From positions 26,565 to 90,564 of the forward strand of contig JAHEIZ010000015.1 of NCBI GenBank assembly GCA_024639145.1: DNA of 64,000 nt. The letters run 5' to 3'. The stretch's first letter is position 1; each line of letters starts with the position of its first letter. The position numbers and the translations under genes were made by a program. This DNA comes from Actinomycetes bacterium (GTDB lineage Bacteria > Actinomycetota > Actinomycetes > S36-B12). This document shows positions 57,167 to 64,000 of this stretch, piece after piece. A model generated the notes under the pieces. That model was given only the letters and a program-made list of their open reading frames with translations, did no database searches and was not told where the DNA came from.

Positions 57167-58347
57167 GTACCTGGCACCTGACTGATCTCCGGAGTCGTCC
57201 GACGGCGCCACGCTTCGATCGCGGCCGCACATACTGGCGTGATCTCGACTGGATCATGCTGATGGCGGCGTTCAGCCTCACCATCTTCGGCTGCCTCCTG
57301 GTGTGGTCAGCGAGCAAGGCCGACATGGCCTCGCCGACAGACCCTTACTCGTACCTGAAGAAGCACGTCATCAACGTGCTCATCGCACTCGTGCTCGGAT
57401 TCGTCGCCTCGCGCCTCGACTACCGATGGCTGCGTGCCTATACGCCGGTGATCTACGGCGCCTCATGCTTCTTCCTCCTGCTGCCGTTCGTTCCTGGCTT
57501 GGGCACGCGAATTGCCGGTGCGCAGGCATGGGTGTCGTTGCCGGGCGGTTTCACCTTGCAGCCCTCGGAGTTCGCGAAGATCGCCGTCATCTTGATGATG
57601 GCCGCGATTCTCTCGGAGAAGCGCGATATCGAGAGCGAGCCTCGAGACAAGGATGTCCTACTCTCGCTGGGGCTTGCGATCGTGCCGATCCTGATCGTGC
57701 TGCTGCAGAACGACACCGGCACCGTGCTCGTGATGGGAGCGGTCGTCATCTCGATCATCGCCGTGTCAGGGGCCCGCACGCGCTGGGTGGTGACGCTCAT
57801 CGGTGGAGCGGTGCTCGGCATCCTGCTCGCTATCCAGCTCGGACTTCTCAAGCAGTACCAGGTGGCGCGACTGACGTCATTCATCAATCCGGCCGCTGAC
57901 TCAGGCGGGTCGTCGTACAACGCGGCGCAGGCCCGCATCGCGATCGGCGGGGGAGGGCTCACCGGGTATGGCCTCTTCAACGGTCCGCAGACCCAGGGGC
58001 GGTTCGTGCCGGTCAACGAGAGTGACTTCATCTTCACCGTCGTCGGCGAGGAGCTCGGCTTTATCGGCTCGATGCTCCTGATCCTGCTTCTTGGTGTGAT
58101 CTTGTGGCGAGCCATCGTGATCGCCTATCGCGCAGACGACCTCTACGGCCGTCTGGTGTGCACGGGCGTGATCGCCTGGTTCGCCTTCCAGCTGTTCGAG
58201 AACATCGGCATGACCCTCGGCATCATGCCCATCACCGGAATTCCTCTACCGTTGATCTCCTCCGGAGGCACGTCGATGATGGCCGTCTGGATAGGCATTG
58301 GCCTCTTGCAGAACGTGAGACTCCATGCGGTGCGCAATTCGCCGTAG
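57163..58347 (+). CDS. rodA: SEDS family peptidoglycan polymerase RodA
   Basis: FtsW/RodA/SpoVE polytopic protein with ESDFIFTVVGEELGF and PLPLISSGGTS. It overlaps the pbp2 stop by 4 nt. Confidence 0.9.
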   Translation: MSTWHLTDLRSRPTAPRFDRGRTYWRDLDWIMLMAAFSLTIFGCLLVWSASKADMASPTDPYSYLKKHVINVLIALVLGFVASRLDYRWLRAYTPVIYGASCFFLLLPFVPGLGTRIAGAQAWVSLPGGFTLQPSEFAKIAVILMMAAILSEKRDIESEPRDKDVLLSLGLAIVPILIVLLQNDTGTVLVMGAVVISIIAVSGARTRWVVTLIGGAVLGILLAIQLGLLKQYQVARLTSFINPAADSGGSSYNAAQARIAIGGGGLTGYGLFNGPQTQGRFVPVNESDFIFTVVGEELGFIGSMLLILLLGVILWRAIVIAYRADDLYGRLVCTGVIAWFAFQLFENIGMTLGIMPITGIPLPLISSGGTSMMAVWIGIGLLQNVRLHAVRNSP

Positions 58348-58407
58348 GGGGGTGCCCACCTACGTGCTCCATTCGTGCGATTCGCACGGGGCGGATAGCC
58401 TTTCTCC

Positions 58408-60384
58408 GTGACAACTCCCCATGCTCATGTGCCCGGCGCGTCGATCTTCGATCGCCTGGAAGCACTCCTGCCCTTCGTCTCCAAGCCCATTCAGTACGTC
58501 GGCGGTGAGCTCAATGCCGTGCAGAAGCCGTGGGATTCCGTCGACGTGCGCTGGGCCCTCATGTACCCCGATGCCTATGAGGTCGGAGCCCCCAATCAGG
58601 GCGTGCAGATCCTCTACGAAGTGATCAATGAGCGTGCCGACGCGCTCGCCGAGCGCACCTACGCCGTCTGGCCCGATCTCGAGAAGCTGATGCGCGAGCA
58701 CCAGGTGCCGCAGTTCACCGTCGACTCCCACCGCGCACTCGGTGACTTCGACGTCGTCGGTATGTCGTTCTCGACAGAGCTGGGCTACACGAACATGCTC
58801 ACGGCGATCGATCTCGCCGGCGTTCCCGTGCTCGCTGCCGAGCGCGACGACACTCACCCGATCATCGTCGCCGGCGGTCATGCGGCCTTCAATCCCGAGA
58901 CAATCGCGGAGTTCGTCGACGCCGCGGTGATGGGTGACGGCGAGGAGGCCGTGCTCCTCATCACCGACATCGTGCGCGACTGGAAGAACGAGGGCCGCCC
59001 CGATGGTCGCGTCGGCCTGCTGCGTCGTCTCGCGCTGACCGGAGTCATCTACGTGCCACGCTTCTACGACGTCGAGTACCTCGAGGACGGCCGCATCAAG
59101 CGCATCGTCCCGAATGAGGCCGATATCCCGTGGCGGGTACGCAAGTTCACCCTGATGGATCTCGATTCCTGGCCCTACCCGAAGGCACCGCTGGTACCGC
59201 TGGCCGAGACCGTGCATGAGCGCATGAGCGTCGAGATCTTCCGCGGATGCACGCGAGGCTGTCGCTTCTGCCAGGCGGGAATGATCACTCGCCCGGTGCG
59301 CGAGCGCAGCATCACCGGTATCGCCGAGATGGTCGAGAACGGCCTGTGCAAGACCGGATACGAGGAGGTGGGCCTGCTCTCGCTCTCCAGCGCCGACCAC
59401 ACGGAGATCGCAGAGATCGCCAAGGGCCTTGCCGATCGCTACCAGGGCACCGAGACCGCGCTGTCGCTTCCGAGCACGCGTGTCGATGCCTTCAATATTG
59501 ACCTGGCCAATGAGCTCTCGCGCAACGGCCGTCGAAGTGGGCTCACGTTCGCCCCCGAAGGCGGCAGCGAGCGCATGCGCAAGGTCATCAACAAGCAGGT
59601 GACCGAGGAAGACCTCATTCGCACGGTCAGCGCTGCCTACGGAGCAGGCTGGCGCCAGGTCAAGCTGTACTTCATGGTGGGCCTGCCGACCGAGACCGAC
59701 GACGACGTCATGCAGGTGGCAGAACTCGCGCGCGAGGTCATCAAGGCCGGTCGTGCGGCTTCCGGTCGTCGCGATATCCGCTGCACGGTGTCGATCGGCG
59801 GTTTCGTTCCGAAGCCGCACACCCCCTTCCAGTGGGCTTCGCAACTGAATCACGAGGCCACCGACGCGCGCCTGCACAAGTTGCGCGATGCGATTCGTGC
59901 GGATCGCGAGTATGGCAAGTCAATCGGCCTGCGCTATCACGATGGCAAGCCGGGCATTGTCGAAGGACTCCTCTCGCGGGGAGATCGTCGCGTGGGTCGA
60001 GTGATCCTGCAGGCCTGGCGAGATGGTGCGCGCTTCGATGGATGGAGCGAGCACTTCTCCTTCGACCGCTGGATGAATGCTGCGTCCGTCGCGCTTGCTG
60101 ACGAGCCTGTTGACGTCGACTGGTTCACCACGCGCGAGCGTCAGCAGTCCGAGGTTCTTCCCTGGGGTCACCTCGACTCCGGTCTCGATGCCGACTGGCT
60201 GTGGGAGGACTGGCAGGACGCCTTGTCCGAGGTGGGCGTCGAGGACTGCCGCTGGACTCCCTGCTTCGACTGCGGCGTGTGCGATCAGATGGAAACCGAA
60301 ATCCAGGTCGGTCCCACCGGTGTGGTCACACTGCCGATGCCGACCGTGCGCACGACCGCGGTCCTTGCCGAGGTCGACGCATGA
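58408..60384 (+). CDS. B12-binding-domain radical SAM protein (TIGR03960-like, uncharacterised)
   Basis: CTRGCRFCQAG is a CX3CX2C cluster motif. 658 aa. It lies upstream of rne, as is typical in Actinobacteria. Confidence 0.85.
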   Translation: MTTPHAHVPGASIFDRLEALLPFVSKPIQYVGGELNAVQKPWDSVDVRWALMYPDAYEVGAPNQGVQILYEVINERADALAERTYAVWPDLEKLMREHQVPQFTVDSHRALGDFDVVGMSFSTELGYTNMLTAIDLAGVPVLAAERDDTHPIIVAGGHAAFNPETIAEFVDAAVMGDGEEAVLLITDIVRDWKNEGRPDGRVGLLRRLALTGVIYVPRFYDVEYLEDGRIKRIVPNEADIPWRVRKFTLMDLDSWPYPKAPLVPLAETVHERMSVEIFRGCTRGCRFCQAGMITRPVRERSITGIAEMVENGLCKTGYEEVGLLSLSSADHTEIAEIAKGLADRYQGTETALSLPSTRVDAFNIDLANELSRNGRRSGLTFAPEGGSERMRKVINKQVTEEDLIRTVSAAYGAGWRQVKLYFMVGLPTETDDDVMQVAELAREVIKAGRAASGRRDIRCTVSIGGFVPKPHTPFQWASQLNHEATDARLHKLRDAIRADREYGKSIGLRYHDGKPGIVEGLLSRGDRRVGRVILQAWRDGARFDGWSEHFSFDRWMNAASVALADEPVDVDWFTTRERQQSEVLPWGHLDSGLDADWLWEDWQDALSEVGVEDCRWTPCFDCGVCDQMETEIQVGPTGVVTLPMPTVRTTAVLAEVDA

Positions 60385-61163
60385 GTCGTAGGCCACCGGA
60401 GCGCGATGTCGCCCTGGCCGTGCAGAAGCTGCGCGTGCATTACGCAAAGCGCGGGCGCCTGCGCTTCTCCAGCCATCGCGATTTCCAGCGCGCACTCGAG
60501 CGCGCGCTCCGCCGTGCCGAGGTACCCATGGCCTACAGCGCCGGCTTCTCACCCCACCCGAAGATCTCGTATGCCAACTCCGCGCCCACGGGCGTGGCCA
60601 GCGAGGCCGAGTACGTCGAGATCGGCGTCACCCAGCGGTGCGATCCCGAGCGCATGCGTGCGGCGCTCGATGATGCCCTGCCGCCTGGGCTCGATGTCGT
60701 CGATGTCGTCACCGCGGCTACTCCCGACTTCGTCAACCGTCTCGAGGCCTCCCGCTGGCGATTCGAGCTGCCTGGTGTCGATCCGGCCACGGCCCAGGTC
60801 GCAGCCGACACCTTCCTCGCCCACAGTGAGGTCATCGTCGAGCGGTTGATGAAGAACGGCATCCGGAAGTTCGACACGCGCGAGGCAGTCATCTCCCTCA
60901 CGGTCAGCGACGAATCGGGCGTTTCGGGCAGTCAGGGGTCGGTCGCAGGGGATTCCTGTGCCATACTCGAGGTGGTCACCAGACATGTCACACCGTCTGT
61001 ACGACCCGATGACCTTCTAGCCGCACTGAGGATCGCAGCTGACCTCGTGCCGCCGGTTCCCCCACGGGTAACCCGGCTGGCACAGGGGCCGCTGATCCCC
61101 GGAAGCTCGGAAATCGGCGATCCCTTCGCCCCTGACCGCGCAGCCCTCGTCAGTACTTCCTGA
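60381..61163 (+). CDS. Radical-SAM-linked protein (TIGR03936/DUF2344-like)
   Basis: KLRVHYAKRGRLRFSSHRDFQRALERALRRAEVPMAYSAGFSPHPKISYANSAP. The ATG overlaps the radical SAM stop (ATGA). Confidence 0.75.
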   Translation: MSRRPPERDVALAVQKLRVHYAKRGRLRFSSHRDFQRALERALRRAEVPMAYSAGFSPHPKISYANSAPTGVASEAEYVEIGVTQRCDPERMRAALDDALPPGLDVVDVVTAATPDFVNRLEASRWRFELPGVDPATAQVAADTFLAHSEVIVERLMKNGIRKFDTREAVISLTVSDESGVSGSQGSVAGDSCAILEVVTRHVTPSVRPDDLLAALRIAADLVPPVPPRVTRLAQGPLIPGSSEIGDPFAPDRAALVSTS

Positions 61164-61302
61164 CAGGCCGACTCGAGGTTCATCGCCCGGCGGTGTCCTA
61201 GCGCACTTCGCTCCGCGGCCGGGAGTCCATGAAGCTTGTTGGGCCCTCGAGGTCCACGTGAGTCGGCCGCGTTTCGGCGCAGCCTTTTAGGAGTACGGCC
61301 AG

Positions 61303-63711
61303 ATGGTCGAGAACACCGAAGACAACGCAGCAACCGTCAAGCGCACCCGCCGCCGTGCAGCCAGCCGCCCGGCCGGCCCGCCCGTCGAGGGAGCCACCCC
61401 GGAGCCCGTCGTGGCCCCGGCGACGGAGAAGCCCGTGAAGAAGGCGGCCAAGAAGACCGCCAAGAAGGTCGCGGCCAAGCCCGAGGCCATCGAGGCGCCT
61501 GAGGCGGCCGAGAAGCCCGTGAAGAAGGCAGCCAAGAAGACCACCAAGAAGTCCGCAGCCAAGGCGGAGCCATCGGCTACCGCGACGGCAGGCGAGTCCG
61601 CCGTGGCTGCACCGCTGTTCGCCGCACCGGTTTTCGTCGCCCCCGAGGCCGACGCCGAGACCAAGGACAAGCCCGCTGCTCGACGCGGCCGTGGCCGCGG
61701 CGCCAAGAAGGCCGACGCTGCCACTGACGACCTCGCCGACTCGGGCAGTGAGAGCACTGAGTCCGCCGAGGGCTCCTCCGACGACGATGCCGTCGCCGGC
61801 GAGACCGACGAGCAGGCCAAGCGCCGTCGTCGTCGCCGTGGAGGGCGCGGTCGTCGTCGTCGCAGTGACGATGCTGAGGGCAACGAGAACGGTAATGACG
61901 ATGACAGCGTCGATGGCGAGTCATCTGACTCCGACTCCGATGATGATTCCGAGGGCGGCAAGCGCCGCCGCCGTCGTCGTCGTCGTGGCGCCGATGGCGA
62001 TCTCGAGCCCTCGCCCGATGACCCGCCGAACACTGTCGTCAAGGTTCGTGAGCCGCGCGGCAAGGGCCGCGGCAACAACAGCAATGACGACGAAGTCAGC
62101 AACGTGCGCGGATCCACGCGCCTTGAGGCCAAGAAGCAGCGCCGCCGCGAGGGTCGCGAGGCAGGCCGTCGCCGTGCACCGATCCTGACCGAGGCCGAGT
62201 TCCTCGCGCGCCGCGAGGCAGTTAACCGCGTCATGGCCGTTCGCCAGGAAGGCGATCGCACGCAGATCGCCGTGCTCGAGGATGGCGTGCTCGTCGAGCA
62301 CTACGTCACTCGTGGCAGCAACAGCTCGATGGTGGGCAACGTCTACCTCGGTCGCGTGCAGAACGTGCTGCCCAGCATGGAAGCAGCATTCGTCGACATT
62401 GGTCGCGGCCGCAACGCAGTGCTGTACGCCGGTGAGGTGAACTGGGATGCCGCCGGTCTCGACGGCCAGCCCAAGCGCATTGAATTCGCTCTCAAGTCCG
62501 GTGACCCGGTTCTCGTGCAGGTGACGAAGGATCCCGTGGGGCAGAAGGGTGCGCGCCTGACCAGTCAGGTGTCGCTGCCCGGTCGCTTCCTGGTCTACGT
62601 GCCCGACGGCTCGATGACCGGCATCAGTCGCAAGCTGCCCGATAGCGAGCGCAGCCGCCTCAAGAGCATTCTCAAGCGCGTCATGCCCGAAGACGCCGGA
62701 GTCATCGTGCGTACTGCCTCCGAGGGCGCTCCCGAGGATGCCCTCGAGCAGGACATCCTGCGCCTGAAGGCCCAGTGGGATGACATCAGCGCGAAGGTCA
62801 AGAGCTCGAACCCGCCCACCCTGCTGTACAGCGAGCCTGATCTCGCCATCAAGGTAGTGCGCGACATCTTCAACGAAGACGTCAACCAGCTCGTGATCTC
62901 CGGCGAGGCCGGCTACGACGCCATCAACGACTACGTGACCGCGGTCGCGCCTGATCTGTCCCCGCGTCTGGAGCGTTGGGTCGGTACGGAGGATCTCTTC
63001 TCGCACTACCGCGTCGACGAACAGCTGATGAAGGCACTCGACCGCAAGGTCTACCTACCCTCCGGCGGCTCGCTGGTCATCGATCGCACCGAGGCGATGA
63101 CCGTGGTCGACGTCAACACCGGCAAGTTCACCGGGCAAGGCGGAAACCTCGAGCAGACGGTGACTCGAAATAACCTCGAGGCCGCTGAGGAGATCGTCCG
63201 CCAGCTTCGCCTGCGCGATATCGGTGGCATCATCGTGGTCGACTTCATCGACATGGTTCTCGAGAGCAATCGCGATCTGGTGCTGCGTCGCCTGGTCGAA
63301 TGCCTGGGCCGCGATCGCACCAAGCACCAGGTCGCCGAGGTCACCTCGCTCGGTCTCGTGCAGATGACCCGTAAGCGCATCGGCTCCGGGCTGATCGAGT
63401 CCTTCTCGACCACCTGCGAGACCTGCGCCGGCCGTGGCATCAAGGTGTCGCTGGCGGGCAATGAGCACGACCACCATGAGTCCCCGAAGAGCCGTCGCCC
63501 CGCGAATGCGGTGGATCCGGCTGACGTGGCAGCTCGTGCCCTGGTGATCGACGAGGCTCACGACGAGGCCCCCGCGGGGGAGGAGTCGGATCTCGACCAG
63601 GGGATCTCAGCCGAGGTCGTGCACGACGAGAATCCCGATCAGGTAGCCGAGGCTGACCTGCCCGAGACTCCCGAGATGTCCGATTCACCCTCGGAAGAGG
63701 GGTCAGTTTGA
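61303..63711 (+). CDS. rne: Ribonuclease E/G family endoribonuclease with long Lys/Ala and Arg/Asp-rich N-terminal extension
   Basis: S1 domain GNVYLGRVQNVLPSMEAAFVDIG and catalytic core VVDVNTGKF...GGIIVVDFIDM, plus a CETCAGRG zinc-link-like motif. Confidence 0.9.
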   Translation: MVENTEDNAATVKRTRRRAASRPAGPPVEGATPEPVVAPATEKPVKKAAKKTAKKVAAKPEAIEAPEAAEKPVKKAAKKTTKKSAAKAEPSATATAGESAVAAPLFAAPVFVAPEADAETKDKPAARRGRGRGAKKADAATDDLADSGSESTESAEGSSDDDAVAGETDEQAKRRRRRRGGRGRRRRSDDAEGNENGNDDDSVDGESSDSDSDDDSEGGKRRRRRRRRGADGDLEPSPDDPPNTVVKVREPRGKGRGNNSNDDEVSNVRGSTRLEAKKQRRREGREAGRRRAPILTEAEFLARREAVNRVMAVRQEGDRTQIAVLEDGVLVEHYVTRGSNSSMVGNVYLGRVQNVLPSMEAAFVDIGRGRNAVLYAGEVNWDAAGLDGQPKRIEFALKSGDPVLVQVTKDPVGQKGARLTSQVSLPGRFLVYVPDGSMTGISRKLPDSERSRLKSILKRVMPEDAGVIVRTASEGAPEDALEQDILRLKAQWDDISAKVKSSNPPTLLYSEPDLAIKVVRDIFNEDVNQLVISGEAGYDAINDYVTAVAPDLSPRLERWVGTEDLFSHYRVDEQLMKALDRKVYLPSGGSLVIDRTEAMTVVDVNTGKFTGQGGNLEQTVTRNNLEAAEEIVRQLRLRDIGGIIVVDFIDMVLESNRDLVLRRLVECLGRDRTKHQVAEVTSLGLVQMTRKRIGSGLIESFSTTCETCAGRGIKVSLAGNEHDHHESPKSRRPANAVDPADVAARALVIDEAHDEAPAGEESDLDQGISAEVVHDENPDQVAEADLPETPEMSDSPSEEGSV
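61426..61551 (+). repeat. Two copies of a 42-nt coding repeat (EKPVKKAAKKT.KK) spaced 84 nt apart, inside rne
   Basis: GAGAAGCCCGTGAAGAAGGCGGCCAAGAAGACCGCCAAGAAG (61426-61467) and GAGAAGCCCGTGAAGAAGGCAGCCAAGAAGACCACCAAGAAG (61510-61551) differ at 2 positions. Confidence 0.7.
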
Positions 63712-63828
63712 CCCTAGGGCGGGCCCTTCCGTAGTCTTAGGGCCTGGCTTCCCCCGGGAACGCCGTCTCGTGCGCGTCTTACTTGGGCGCCGCGTTCAGA
63801 TTCTTCAAGGAAAAGGCAGGAAATCGTG

Positions 63829-64000
63829 GTGTACGCGATCGTGCGCGCAGGCGGCCGTCAAGAGAAGGTTGCCGTGGGCGATGTTGTGGTCCTCGACCGT
63901 GTGTCGGGTGAGCCGGGCAACACGGTGTCCCTGCCGGTTCTTCTCCTCGTCGATGGTGCCAACGTCACCTCCGATGCGGCAGTGCTGGCGAAGTCGGCCG
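63829..64000 (+). CDS. rplU: 50S ribosomal protein L21 (5' part; continues beyond window)
   Basis: (V)[24 protein letters not shown] is the canonical L21 N-terminus. The start is GTG at 63826 or 63829, and the ORF runs off the right edge. Confidence 0.85.
   Translation, partial: MYAIVRAGGRQEKVAVGDVVVLDRVSGEPGNTVSLPVLLLVDGANVTSDAAVLAKSA

Noticed and set aside
58360-59877. 505-aa minus-strand ORF
   Set aside because: It is antisense to the radical SAM gene, which has its CX3CX2C motif on the plus strand.
61287-63006. 324-aa and 361-aa minus-strand ORFs opposite rne
   Set aside because: They are antisense to RNase E, whose S1 and catalytic motifs are clear. Their products are extreme low-complexity Ser/Arg/Ala mirror images of the Lys/Asp/Arg-rich sense frame.
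63712-63828. Possible L21 ribosomal-protein leader or rne terminator in the rne-rplU spacer
   Set aside because: It contains the palindrome CCCTAGGG and short GC stems. I could identify neither a convincing stem-loop with a U-tract nor a leader structure I recognise. The call is left open rather than asserted.

Overview
High-GC actinobacterial chromosomal segment (by eye about two-thirds G+C, strong GC3 bias), almost fully coding, with about 65 supportable CDS. I saw no rRNA, tRNA, CRISPR array, transposase, integrase or phage genes.

Positions 1-48.6 kb are accessory or peripheral metabolism:
- a secreted CBM2-CBM2-GH18 chitinase, truncated at the left edge
- pirin
- a SHOCT/DUF6325-like pair
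- a MazEF-type toxin-antitoxin pair placed just before a solitary long-type argG
- a nitrogen-compound catabolic island: a DMGDH/GcvT-like flavoenzyme, a 2OG oxygenase, an NCS1 permease, and a 7-gene PotDBCA-ALDH-Rieske-amidohydrolase operon
- a translationally coupled TetR-GT1-maltokinase-like kinase-SIS-hydrolase operon
- a LacI-controlled aldolase/oxidoreductase/PfkB-kinase operon with a perfect 16-bp operator
- a Rieske oxygenase with a coupled micro-gene and a PEP-utilizing protein that lacks an ATP-grasp domain
- a large lipoprotein with a Ser/Thr/Pro-rich tail
- a redox cluster: OYE/FadH-like enzyme, tandem VOC paralogs, SDRs, KstD-like flavoproteins, SnoaL-like proteins

Positions 48.6-64 kb are the conserved actinobacterial core block folC-DUF4233-ndk-(membrane hydrolase)-mreBCD-pbp2-rodA-radical SAM pair-rne-rplU.

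Nothing resembles a recognisable defence island. The best candidates for an undescribed system are the GT/kinase/SIS/hydrolase operon and the Rieske plus swivel-domain module; both are of unknown function. All functional calls rest on motif and family recognition by eye from the translations, not on database searches.
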